Of a DNA stretch of 64,000 bases, positions 51,237-60,734 are shown piece by piece. Positions within the stretch are counted from its first letter, which is position 1; the number at the start of each line of letters is the position of its first letter. Source of the stretch: Candidatus Latescibacterota bacterium (lineage in GTDB: Bacteria; Latescibacterota; UBA2968; GCA-2709665); NCBI GenBank assembly GCA_965203805.1, contig OZ241917.1, positions 4,288,001-4,352,000 on the forward strand, given 5' to 3'. The notes under the pieces are model-generated. The model was not told where the DNA came from. It saw only the letters and a list, made by a program, of their open reading frames with translations, and did no database searches. Both the position numbers and the translations under genes were made by a program.

Positions 51237-53951
51237 ATGCCGCTTCTCAACGTAGAAAACGCACGCGAAAATCTGCGCCGCTATGCCTGGGCTCAGGCCA
51301 TCGTCGAAGGCTGGAAGAATGAGGTCGACTACCTCATCCGCCAGGACCGGGAATTCGTGGATGCGATGGTGTCCGAGCTCACCCCGTGGCCCGAGTACGG
51401 CCAGAACTGCCCGGTCTGCGTGAACCGCCTCTCTTCGATGGGTGAAACCGGAATTTACGACTGGGACCCGACCGATCCGGACCGGCTGATCTGCAGATAC
51501 TGCAAAACCGAGTACCCCAACGACGACTATCCCGAGACCGGCAGCGTGACCGCACCCGGAATGAACCAGACCTTCGCCTTCTACCTCACCGATGCGGAAC
51601 GCGCACACCCGGAAGACCGGTCTGGCGAACACGCGTTCAAATGGGTCCGGACGCCCGTGCACACAAGCTGGTCCGGCGTCATCCGTGCAAAGAAATGCCG
51701 CTGGTGCTGGGAACAGATGCTTCCTCTCGCCAAGTTGTACGCCCTCACCGGCGACGTGCGGTACGCCCGGTGGAGCGCATGGATCATGGATTGTATGGCT
51801 CGTCGGTATCCCAACTGGCTGTTCCACTCCTATGACGGCACCGTTGCCGACTGCCCGCCGGCGGAGGCCGCGGTGTCCATGGGCAGGTTTCCTCCCGCCG
51901 GCCGGTTTCCCCCTGAGACAATCATCTCCGCGTTCGAAGGCCGGCACCGGGTGGGCGATCACGCGGTACTCAACAACGGCTTCTGGGGCGCCGGACGCGT
52001 CGGGTGCAGCGGGTCCGACGGCTGGTACATTCTCCGTGTCGTAATGGCCTACGACCTGATCCGGAGCGCCCGCGATGCGGACGGTTCGCCCGTCATCACG
52101 CCGGAAATGGACCGGCGCATCGTGGACGACCTGATCCTGGCAGGTTGCGCCGACACGGAAAACTGGAACGACATCAACAACAAATGCGGCCCGGGGAGGG
52201 CGCTCAGCGCGGCGGTGGGCATTCTGTTCGGGAAACCGGAGAGCGTCCGACGCGCCATCCAGGGTTTCGAAGCCCTCATGGACGACGCGTTCCATTTCGA
52301 CGGCTTCTGCACGGAGTCGCCGAGTTATTCCAGCATGCATCTCAATCAGTTGCGGGAAATACCCGAACTGCTGAATGGATATTCCGACCCCGAAGGATAC
52401 GAGCCGAAGTCAGGCCCCGTTTTGAAGGACCTGGATCCGTTTCAACACTTCGACCGGTATCGCCTGGCGCTGGAGAGCATGGTCCGCATGCTGGACCCGA
52501 ACCTGGAGGAGCCGGTCATCGGAGACTCCAGGGAAGGCAGCAGCGTCGACCCGATCTACGCAGAGGTCCTGGCCGCCCGCTACGGAAGCCGCTACGCCGG
52601 CCTTCTGGAGAAGTCACAGGGGGCCCCGCTGTCCGAAAAAGGCACGGAATACGCCCTGTGGAACCGGGACCCGGACCTGAAAGCGGACGAGGACGCCCGT
52701 CTGCCGCACCGTACCGAATGGTTCCCGGGCTGGCACGTCGGCGTTTTGCGGGGGGGTAACCCCGGAGGCCATACGGCATTTTACCTCAACGGATATGCCT
52801 ATGGCGGCCACCGCCACGCGGACACCCTCGGGATCATTTACGTCTCGAACGGGAAGGAAATGGCGGCGGACAGAGGCTATATCTGGGATGACCCCAGAAA
52901 CGCGTGGACCGGCAGCACGCTCGCCCACAACATCGTCACCGTGGACGGTCAGAACCAGGCCAGAGTCAACAAGCCGTCAGCGCTGGAACTTTTCGGATAC
53001 GGCGCGGGAATCGAAATCGTGCAGGCATCCGCCTCGCCGTACGAGCAGTGCGATTCGTACCGGCGCACCTGCGTCCTGGTTCAGGTTCCCGGCGATCAGA
53101 CCTACGCTGTCGATATGTTCCGCGTCGGCGGCGGCAGCCTTCACCAGTACGGTTTCCACAGCAACGGCCGCCTCACCGGCATTTCCGGCACCGATCCGAT
53201 GCCCGTCGACGAACACATCGAGTGGCTGGACAACATCCGCGCCGACCGGCCCCGGGCGCCATTTACCGCAACCTGGGACAACCGGGGCGTGCGCATCGAC
53301 CTCACCCTGCTCAACCCCATCCATCGTCTGCTACTTGTGGACGCGCCTGGCTGGCGTTCGGACCTGGGCGAAGACCTCAACGCACCGCCCGTGCAGCAGG
53401 TTCTGGCGGAGCGTGGGGACGATTCGCACCTGACCAGCCGGTTTGCCGCGGTGATTTCACCGTACGTCGACCGTTCGCCCGTCCTGTCTTCCCGCCTGCT
53501 TCTGGACGATCCGGACACCGGCGCGATGGCCGTTGCCGTCTGCCGCGAGGGATGCACGGACTACATCCTCTCCGCGCCCGAGGGCGGCGCGCACAATGTC
53601 GGTCCCCTGTCGATTACCGGTCAATTCGCATTCGCGTCGGTGGATGACGGCGGCGCGCTGCTGCGCGCGTATCTGCTGCGCGGAACTGAACTCAAATGCA
53701 ACGGGCTGGCGCTGACGCCGGACAGGTCGGAGGTCTCCCTGGAGGTCGCCCGCGTTTCAGACCGCACGTATACCCTTCACAATGCCGTGCCCGATCCTGA
53801 AACGCTTCCCGGGGCCTACCTTCTGTGCGGCGACACCGGGTACGAAATCGAGGACGCTACCGAAGTATCCATCACCGTTCGCGACTACCCCGCCACCGAA
53901 TGCGGCACCGTCACGTTGCTCAAGGCCGCCGAGTACGTGAAAGACGACTGA
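51237..53951 (+). CDS. Heparinase II/III-like protein with an N-terminal CxxC...CxxC insert
   Basis: CPVC..CRYC..YP, DGFCTESPSY, PVIGD, GHRHAD and LAHNIVTVDG. AGGAG RBS. Confidence 0.75.
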   Translation: MPLLNVENARENLRRYAWAQAIVEGWKNEVDYLIRQDREFVDAMVSELTPWPEYGQNCPVCVNRLSSMGETGIYDWDPTDPDRLICRYCKTEYPNDDYPETGSVTAPGMNQTFAFYLTDAERAHPEDRSGEHAFKWVRTPVHTSWSGVIRAKKCRWCWEQMLPLAKLYALTGDVRYARWSAWIMDCMARRYPNWLFHSYDGTVADCPPAEAAVSMGRFPPAGRFPPETIISAFEGRHRVGDHAVLNNGFWGAGRVGCSGSDGWYILRVVMAYDLIRSARDADGSPVITPEMDRRIVDDLILAGCADTENWNDINNKCGPGRALSAAVGILFGKPESVRRAIQGFEALMDDAFHFDGFCTESPSYSSMHLNQLREIPELLNGYSDPEGYEPKSGPVLKDLDPFQHFDRYRLALESMVRMLDPNLEEPVIGDSREGSSVDPIYAEVLAARYGSRYAGLLEKSQGAPLSEKGTEYALWNRDPDLKADEDARLPHRTEWFPGWHVGVLRGGNPGGHTAFYLNGYAYGGHRHADTLGIIYVSNGKEMAADRGYIWDDPRNAWTGSTLAHNIVTVDGQNQARVNKPSALELFGYGAGIEIVQASASPYEQCDSYRRTCVLVQVPGDQTYAVDMFRVGGGSLHQYGFHSNGRLTGISGTDPMPVDEHIEWLDNIRADRPRAPFTATWDNRGVRIDLTLLNPIHRLLLVDAPGWRSDLGEDLNAPPVQQVLAERGDDSHLTSRFAAVISPYVDRSPVLSSRLLLDDPDTGAMAVAVCREGCTDYILSAPEGGAHNVGPLSITGQFAFASVDDGGALLRAYLLRGTELKCNGLALTPDRSEVSLEVARVSDRTYTLHNAVPDPETLPGAYLLCGDTGYEIEDATEVSITVRDYPATECGTVTLLKAAEYVKDD

Positions 53952-53963
53952 CGGCGGAGAAAA

Positions 53964-54175
53964 CAGCTGTCAGCGAACAGCCTTCAGCAGTCAGCTTGAA
54001 TCAAGAAACAATAATCAGCTTCAAATTCAAAACCCCTATTCCCCAAATTCCCTGCCTCCGGCGGGTTCCTTTTGAAGCGACCAAAAGGAACCAAAAGTCG
54101 CCGCTGGGCGCCTGCCTGCGCCTGCCTGTCCCGTTGGAACGGCAGACAGGCCAAGCCCCGCGCGACAGGCAGGCG
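53964..54175. repeat. Intergenic repeat composite: heptamer tract, 11-bp hairpin and nested CCTGCCTG/CAGGCAGG palindrome
   Basis: (CAGCNNN)n at 53964-53995, GGTTCCTTTTG/CAAAAGGAACC at 54064-54092, and cctgcctgcg-cctgcctgtc...gcagacagg...gacaggcagg at ~54111-54172. Confidence 0.65.
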
Positions 54176-54501
54176 GGGCCTGCTATATGCACAGCGCGAA
54201 TCCCCTCGCAGGATGCACAGAATCCTCTGCCCTGAGACCTGCGGAGGCACATCGAACTGTGTCGCTGGACGGATCAGCGCGCTCTGCTCCGGTAGTCCTC
54301 CTGCCAGGAAATGCCTGCGTAGATCCATTCGCGTCTGAATGATGAGGACGGTCGTACGCTATTGGCCGACAGCTATCAGTTTGAATCAACGACAAAAGGC
54401 AAACGGCGGACCCACGCGAATCCACCAGGATGAACTCCCCAGACGACCTCCTGTCCGCACGGAGGCAAAGATCCCGACTCAATGGTGGCGAGGTTGCTTC
54501 G

Positions 54502-55350
54502 CTACAGACTAACAAAACCCGACAGTGCCCGCTTTTGTCCGGCGACGTCCAGGATCCTGCGAATGATCAGGCTCTCTTTCCGGTCGATGGCGGGCTTTCC
54601 GGTTTCGAACAGGTCCAGCACGGCATCCGCGGTATTCAGGAAGATGCGGCTGGAGTCGACCTGGAAGTGACGTGTCGCGGCGGCGGTGGTCACGGAAGCC
54701 GCATACGGCGTGCTCGCACCCGTATACACATTCACAACGGCCGTGCGGCCGCCTGAGAAATCCAGAAGCAACTGCGACTGCTTCCCGCCGCCCCTCCGCA
54801 TCATTCGCCGGACGTTCGGACCCATACAGCTGATGGCCAACTCCAGGGGATGGATCGCGTATTCGCCGAAGGATCTCCCGCCGCCCCAGGTGACCATGTG
54901 CCGGACCTGCCGGCGCCCGACCTCCTCCACGTAGTCCTGGACTTCGGTATAACGCAGCGCGGACGTGGTCTGCATGGGCACCCGATGGCTGTCCGCCAGC
55001 GCGAAGATGCGCCTGGCGGTTCTCAGGTCCGGCGCGAAGGTTTTGTCCACGTACGTCGGTTTTCCGAACGGAAAAACCTGCCGGCACAGCTCAAGGTGCG
55101 TCTCCGGCGTCGACGGCGCCAGCACCACATAGGCGTCCACCGCCTCGTTCAATGCCGCCGCATCCTGGAACCAGGGCACGCCGTTCGCCTCGGCCCACGT
55201 TCTTCCGGCTCGCGGACGCATTCCCGTACATCCCGCCACGACAAATCCGCGAAGCTTCAGTTCGTTCCGGAAAAGCTTCAGGTACACGTTGGAATGAAAG
55301 TTCTCAAGATTGTCATCCACGAACCCGATCCGCTTTTGTCCATCCGTCAT
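54502..55350 (-). CDS. Gfo/Idh/MocA-like oxidoreductase (short form)
   Basis: RIGFVD, H.ELC....GKPTYVDKTFA, SALRY and YAIH. Confidence 0.7.
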   Translation of the reverse strand: MTDGQKRIGFVDDNLENFHSNVYLKLFRNELKLRGFVVAGCTGMRPRAGRTWAEANGVPWFQDAAALNEAVDAYVVLAPSTPETHLELCRQVFPFGKPTYVDKTFAPDLRTARRIFALADSHRVPMQTTSALRYTEVQDYVEEVGRRQVRHMVTWGGGRSFGEYAIHPLELAISCMGPNVRRMMRRGGGKQSQLLLDFSGGRTAVVNVYTGASTPYAASVTTAAATRHFQVDSSRIFLNTADAVLDLFETGKPAIDRKESLIIRRILDVAGQKRALSGFVSL

Positions 55351-55378
55351 TCGTCTGTTCTCCGTTCCAAAATGCCTT

Positions 55379-56413
55379 CTAAGGCCACGCGGGCGCGGCC
55401 GCCACCTGAACGATCCCGCCTCGTTCCGCGGACTGGTGCAGCGCGTCCAACACCGCCGTTGCGCGCCACCCGTCCAGCGCCGTCACGAAAGGCGCCCGAT
55501 CCTCGATAACCGCGTCGACAAAGCTGTTTACGCACGACGGAAACGCCCCCACCCATTTGTCGAAGACTTTGTAGTTGAGAAGCGACCGCGGCCATTTGAA
55601 CTTCTCCTCGGTACTCATTTCGATCGCCTCGGCTTTCCGGTCCAGGCTCACGTGCCCCTTCTCGCCGATGACCTGCATAAAGGAGTCGGGCATGGACGGA
55701 TGGGTATCGGGATAGATCCACGCCGACTCAAACGTGGCGATGGACCCCCCGTCGAACTTCACAAGCCCCTGCAGCATATCGTACGTATCGATGCCCCTGG
55801 CGGCCAGCACCTGTTTGATGCCATAGCCGTGGACCTCGACCGGACTCTGATCGAACCACCAGCAGATCAGGTCGATATCGTGCGCCGAGAGGAACCAGGC
55901 GGGGGAGGACTGAGCCGACCACGGCAGCATCTCCGTCGGGACGGAGATGGGGTTGTTCTTGCGCGCGTACGCCATCAGCGGTCTGCCGATGTCCCCGTCG
56001 CGAATCATATTCCAGGTGGCATTGTACGGCGCCAGCCACCGGTGGTTATACGAGACCTGAAGCTTCAGCCCGCTGCTTTTCACCCTCTCCACGATTTCCG
56101 TGGCCTCCTCCAGATCGGTTGTCATCGGTTTTTCCACGTGCACGTGACAGCCCGCATCCAGGCATGCGATGACGGGATCGCGGTGCGCCCAGTCCGGCGT
56201 GGCGATGTAGACGATATCCAGGGATTCCTTCTCCAGCATCTCCCGGTAGTCCGCATAACCGGCGGAAACCGAATACTCCGCCTGCGCCTTGCGGAGCTTG
56301 GCTTCGTCCAGTGTGCAGAACGCCGTCAGTTCCACGAGCGGATTGCGGTCCAGGACCTGCGTCACGCTGCTGCCCATAATGCCAAGGCCGATCACTCCCA
56401 CGCGCTGCGCCAT
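55379..56413 (-). CDS. Gfo/Idh/MocA family oxidoreductase
   Basis: GVIGLGIMG, IATPDWAH, VEKPM and HDID. Confidence 0.93.
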   Translation of the reverse strand: MAQRVGVIGLGIMGSSVTQVLDRNPLVELTAFCTLDEAKLRKAQAEYSVSAGYADYREMLEKESLDIVYIATPDWAHRDPVIACLDAGCHVHVEKPMTTDLEEATEIVERVKSSGLKLQVSYNHRWLAPYNATWNMIRDGDIGRPLMAYARKNNPISVPTEMLPWSAQSSPAWFLSAHDIDLICWWFDQSPVEVHGYGIKQVLAARGIDTYDMLQGLVKFDGGSIATFESAWIYPDTHPSMPDSFMQVIGEKGHVSLDRKAEAIEMSTEEKFKWPRSLLNYKVFDKWVGAFPSCVNSFVDAVIEDRAPFVTALDGWRATAVLDALHQSAERGGIVQVAAAPAWP

Positions 56414-56476
56414 CTGCTTCCCTCCTCAACTCAGTGTTTTATCGTGAATCACTCACGAAAATTCTCCGTTTTCTCG

Positions 56477-56721
56477 CGTTTTTTGGTCTTTTATCCTGTT
56501 CATCCTGTCTATCCATGTGAGTTCTGTTTTTGTGGATGATTCAGGTTGTAGCCTTTTTCGTGTGTTTCGTAGTTTCTGATGTTTGCTTTCTCGTGCTTTT
56601 GTCACGTTTTTTGGTTTCATCCTGTTCATCCTGTTTATCCATGTGAGTTCTGTTCTTGTGGATGACTCAGGTTGTAGCCTTTTTCGTGTGTTTCGCGTGT
56701 TTCGTAGTTTTTGATGTTTGT
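56477..56721. repeat. Two-copy ~110-bp imperfect direct repeat (period ~126-128 bp)
   Basis: ATCCTGTTCATCCTGT.TATCCATGTGAGTTCTGTT.TTGTGGATGA.TCAGGTTGTAGCCTTTTTCGTGTGTTTCG starts at 56493 and again at 56619. Confidence 0.85.
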
Positions 56722-56743
56722 TTCGATTTCCAAATGATCCGGG

Positions 56744-59700
56744 CTAATCAAACCTCACGAACGCCATCGGCCGCGCCACGCACGAATCCCCGGGCCCCAG
56801 GTCGTAGATCACCGGCATGTCATCCGGCGCGTTGGGCCAGGGAATCGCATCCCGCAGCACGAAACGGTGTCCGCCCTCGTCTCGCGGTATGACTCGCTCG
56901 ATGGTGTGGAGCCGTTCCTTGTAAGCCAGGCGTGCGCCCTTCAGATAGTGGCATCCGGAATCTTCCGTATCCTCCCACTCCCGGTGGATCCACGTCCGGG
57001 TCAGCAATCCGTCGTCCGTCTCCGCTTCGACGACGAACCTTCCGATGTGCAGCCGTTCCGCGTCCAGCGAACACAGCCACCCGTCGCCCGCCGCCTTGAC
57101 CGACCGGATGGGGAAGTTGCACGCGTGGGGAGGGTTCGCCACCATCAGGGTCTCGCCCGAGGGGGGCGCCCCGCCGGTGTCCGACGTTACGGTCACCCGG
57201 CGGTTTTCCGTGTCCACTTCCGTAATACGTCCCCGCCATGTTCCTGCGCCTTCGGCCTGGATGTCTCCGAATCCCAGTCTGTTTCCCGACAAGCACGCCC
57301 AGGCCGGTCGGCCGGCGTCGTCGAGGGTTAATACGCCGAAGCCGCCGTGAAGTTCGAGGCCGCCATCGAAGACGGACCGGCCCTCGTCAGCCGACGCGCT
57401 CAGGACGAGACATTTCCCATCCTGCCACGATATTTCCAGTCCGATCGCGTCTTCACCTTCGATCAGATCCAGCCGCCTGACGCGCGTCAACTGCGGGTTT
57501 TTCCGATAGGTTTCGCAGACAACGGCGAACAGGCTGTTCAGGTCGCCTTGCCGGCGGCCCGAACGATTCCGCAGGAGGACGTAGTCCAGGTGTTCGGGCG
57601 CCCCCGGTCTCTTCGGTGTTTTGCCATGGGCTGTGATGACCTCCTGCGCGACATCCGCGGGGACGATCATCCGCAGACCCATCTCCTCGTCCCGCCACAC
57701 GGCCCGGAATTCACCCGCGGGCTGCCCGCGCTTCACGTCGTACAGGTAGGAAAAGCCGCTGCCCCGGTACGAGTGGTAGCTACGCTTGCCGTTTGTCCCC
57801 GGCAGGCCAGGCAGGTTGGCGTGCCGTTCAAGTTCGGGATCGTCGTACAGCTTCTTGAAGGAAACTTTCGGCCCGGCCAGCGTACCGCCCTCCTGTCGCT
57901 GGAGCGAAACGCCTTGGGTTGAAAAATCCCCGGCGAATCCGTGGAAGGAATAATCGTGCGCCCAGCCGCCCTTCACGCGGAAAAGGTCCACCAGGACCTG
58001 CAGGTCCGGCGCCAACTCCAGCAGCGTCACACCGCGCCGATACACGTTTGCGTCCAGGTAAGCCCGCGGCGCCGAGAGTTCCACGTGCTGCACGTGCGGG
58101 GTGGTACCGAACCGTTCCAGGCGGCCCTCGTCGGCCGTGTCCTGCCGGCTTTCGTTCACCACGACGGTGACGTGACTGACGGTGTTCTTCTCCCAGGCCG
58201 GCGGGTCCGGGTGTTCGGCGGCGTGGGTGGGATAGCCCGTATCGGGCGCCACGCGTTTGCCGCCGGCGATGACCTCCAGATTCAACCGGTCCCGGTGCGC
58301 GTGGCCGGCGTTGGCATGGCCGTACTGAAGTACCGCCGCCGTCTGGTTCCGCGCCCGCCCGCTTCGCAGAATCACGAATCCCACCCCGCCGAGGTTATCG
58401 CTCGTCTCCGGCCATTCCGGCAGATTACCCGCGGCGTGTTCCAGTTCGGCTCTCGTCAACGGCTCCTCGAACAGGTCGTCGTAACTGCGGAGCCCGTTTT
58501 CTTCCGTTGCGCCCTCGTTCAGGAGCGCGCGGGCGTATTCCGGCCACCCGTAACCCCTGAAGAACCGCCGAAGCGAGGAAGTATCCAGCATGGGATAGGT
58601 TGCCTCCGCGCCCGTATCCGCTATGGCGGGCATCTTGCCGCCCCAGCACGCCAGTCGCCGCGACCAGCTGCCCAGAGAACGCACGTGTTCCCCCGGAAGC
58701 CGGCGCTTGGCCAGGCGTTTCAGGACCAGGTCCGTATCCAGCATATACCGCGTCCAGCAGCCCGCCGAATAGCCGATCGCCACCTCGAACGAGACCCCGT
58801 CACGGAACAGGAAGTTATCCAGCGCGTGATTCCAGCCCTCGACGCCGTACGCCCACACTTGTGTGTCGGGCCCGCATCCGGTGTACGTCTCCAGGTTCCG
58901 GATGGCCCAATCCGTAAACGCGTCGTCGTCAAGGACAACCAGTGCTTTCACCGCCGAGGCCTGGTGAAGCCCGTAGTTCCCACGAATCTTTCCTTCCCAG
59001 ATGTCCCGTACCGACTGCCGCACCAGGTTGTCTTCCACGTGCCGGACCAGCGCTTCCGGTTTTTTGCCCAGAAACTCGTGTACGCCGCTTTCAGCCTGCA
59101 ACGCCGGAAACAGGTTGTCGTACGCCTCGGCATAGAGCCCGATATTGAACGATTCCTGTACGGCATAAAGAAAACGTCCCGTATAGCCGACCTGGTAGTT
59201 CAAGCCGTACCAGGATTGGGCGGCGTGGTCCATGGTGGGAAACAGCGCGGCCATCCTGTCCAGCAGGATCGCGCCCTTGCGGCCGTACCGCGCGTCTCCG
59301 GTCATCAGATACGCGCGACCGAGATCCTGAAGCGCCGGAATCAACTGGTGCCAGAGCCGGTAACAATAGTGCGCGACGAACCAGAACCGGGGCCGCCCGT
59401 CGCCGGGGTCCCAGCCAGAACCGTCGTCGGCGTAATCGCCGGTAAGCAGGGCGCGGTCTCCGGTCCTGTAATACGCCATAAAGTCGTTCGAAGGGTACTC
59501 CTCGCCGCCCACGGCGCATTTGATCTTCCACGGACGGTTGAAGATGTTCACCTGCCAGGGTCCGCCCGGCGCCTGAAAGACCGCCTCGCCATGGACCGGA
59601 CACCCGTCGAACGACGGCAGAAACCCACGGAAGACGTCCGCCGGAGGCGGCAGGTCGCGCACGTACGCGTCATCCAGTTTCGCCCAGACTTCGGCACGTT

Positions 59701-59803
59701 CGACGATCTCATCCGCGATCTTCGTCGCCGCGGGAAACCGTACCACGTGGTCCTTCATCCTGCGAACCTCGTCCTCCGTATGCCATGTGCGACCGGTCTT
59801 CAT
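56744..59803 (-). CDS. Heparinase II/III-like protein
   Basis: GCPVHG..C...YPSND, GNYG, DGVSFE, PAIAD, GHAHRD, PDTGYP and SHVTVVV. ATG 59803 with AAAGGA RBS. Confidence 0.75.
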   Translation of the reverse strand: MKTGRTWHTEDEVRRMKDHVVRFPAATKIADEIVERAEVWAKLDDAYVRDLPPPADVFRGFLPSFDGCPVHGEAVFQAPGGPWQVNIFNRPWKIKCAVGGEEYPSNDFMAYYRTGDRALLTGDYADDGSGWDPGDGRPRFWFVAHYCYRLWHQLIPALQDLGRAYLMTGDARYGRKGAILLDRMAALFPTMDHAAQSWYGLNYQVGYTGRFLYAVQESFNIGLYAEAYDNLFPALQAESGVHEFLGKKPEALVRHVEDNLVRQSVRDIWEGKIRGNYGLHQASAVKALVVLDDDAFTDWAIRNLETYTGCGPDTQVWAYGVEGWNHALDNFLFRDGVSFEVAIGYSAGCWTRYMLDTDLVLKRLAKRRLPGEHVRSLGSWSRRLACWGGKMPAIADTGAEATYPMLDTSSLRRFFRGYGWPEYARALLNEGATEENGLRSYDDLFEEPLTRAELEHAAGNLPEWPETSDNLGGVGFVILRSGRARNQTAAVLQYGHANAGHAHRDRLNLEVIAGGKRVAPDTGYPTHAAEHPDPPAWEKNTVSHVTVVVNESRQDTADEGRLERFGTTPHVQHVELSAPRAYLDANVYRRGVTLLELAPDLQVLVDLFRVKGGWAHDYSFHGFAGDFSTQGVSLQRQEGGTLAGPKVSFKKLYDDPELERHANLPGLPGTNGKRSYHSYRGSGFSYLYDVKRGQPAGEFRAVWRDEEMGLRMIVPADVAQEVITAHGKTPKRPGAPEHLDYVLLRNRSGRRQGDLNSLFAVVCETYRKNPQLTRVRRLDLIEGEDAIGLEISWQDGKCLVLSASADEGRSVFDGGLELHGGFGVLTLDDAGRPAWACLSGNRLGFGDIQAEGAGTWRGRITEVDTENRRVTVTSDTGGAPPSGETLMVANPPHACNFPIRSVKAAGDGWLCSLDAERLHIGRFVVEAETDDGLLTRTWIHREWEDTEDSGCHYLKGARLAYKERLHTIERVIPRDEGGHRFVLRDAIPWPNAPDDMPVIYDLGPGDSCVARPMAFVRFD

Positions 59804-60018
59804 TTTACGAATTCCTTTCGGTCCCTTCGACTTGAGAATCGCGTCCGGCAGCAAAGTAATCAGGAAAATGCGAAAATGGAAAAAGAAAAACAGCACGTTT
59901 CGTGTGCCGGATTCGGACTGTAAAACTTCGCGCCGGCCGCCCGAGCCTCCGTGAGCGATTAAGTGAAATCTCGATTTCCAGCTGCCAACAGGCACTCGTA
60001 TTGGCAATGATTTACGCG

Positions 60019-60086
60019 ACAATTTCCTGATAGGACTTGACAAATTGTACGAAATTGTGTAAGATTTTCTTACCACACGTAAGAAA
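60019..60086 (+). promoter_or_regulatory. Sigma70 promoter with overlapping operator-like palindromes
   Basis: TTGACA (60037-42), 17 bp, TAAGAT (60060-65). GTAAGA-ttt-TCTTAC (60059-73) and TTTCTTAC-cacac-GTAAGAAA (60066-86). AAATTGT twice at a 10-bp period plus an inverted copy at 60019. Confidence 0.78.
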
Positions 60087-60096
60087 GGAGAGTGCT

Positions 60097-60387
60097 ATGG
60101 AAAAGACAGAGGTCGTTCGCAAGGTCGTGGAGGTAATTGGAAATGTCCAGCAAGAGAGTGGTAGGACACCTCACGATATTACCGCAGGCACGTACATCTA
60201 CACGGATATCGACGGCTTCGACAGTTTGAACGGCGTTGAAGCTACGGTGATCCTGTCCGAAGGGTTGGGTGATGCCGAATTGCCGGACGATCTATTCCTC
60301 CCCGAAAAGGGCCATCGAGATATTTCGGTCGGTGAGATAGCAGACCGGGTTTGTGATCAACTAAACGTGGAGGCAAACGTCAGATGA
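60097..60387 (+). CDS. Acyl/aminoacyl carrier protein-like (phosphopantetheine attachment site)
   Basis: 96 aa, acidic, GFDSL with Ser at residue 43, and a C-terminal SVGEIADRV helix. AAAGGAG RBS. Confidence 0.72.
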   Translation: MEKTEVVRKVVEVIGNVQQESGRTPHDITAGTYIYTDIDGFDSLNGVEATVILSEGLGDAELPDDLFLPEKGHRDISVGEIADRVCDQLNVEANVR

Positions 60388-60734
60388 GCGATCAAGACCT
60401 GCTCCGTCGAAACATTGCTTCAAGGTTGCGGATGGCACGGGAGCTGGCAGGGCTCACACAAGGACAGGTGGCAAAACGCCTAAGGTATCACCGGCCGACT
60501 GTGTCCGAGATTGAGGCGGGCAGGCGCAGGGTAACAGCGGAGGAACTAACTATGTTCTGTGAACTATACGGAGTAAATGTGCACTGGATCACAGGAGAGG
60601 ATACGCAAGATACGGCAAGCTTTAAAGCTAAGCTCGCAGCCCGAGAGTTGGACAAGCTAAAGGATGAAGATCTTGATCGGCTGTTGCAACTCATTCAGTC
60701 ACTGAAGACTTCAGAGGATCCGTCGGATAAATGA
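60384..60734 (+). CDS. XRE/Cro-family HTH regulator
   Basis: RLRMARELAGLTQGQVA...TVSEIEAGRR. ATGA overlap with the upstream gene. Confidence 0.93.
   Translation: MSDQDLLRRNIASRLRMARELAGLTQGQVAKRLRYHRPTVSEIEAGRRRVTAEELTMFCELYGVNVHWITGEDTQDTASFKAKLAARELDKLKDEDLDRLLQLIQSLKTSEDPSDK

Noticed and set aside
56477-56721. Possible CRISPR array
   Set aside because: Only two long copies, no short repeat/unique spacer pattern and no cas genes.
57941-59923. 660-aa plus-strand ORF (likewise 50493-52340, 2934-4334 and 16229-17617)
   Set aside because: Antisense shadows of well-supported genes.
59804-60076. N-terminal extension of ORF 56744-60076
   Set aside because: It overlaps the island promoter, and ATG 59803 has an RBS and is the better start.
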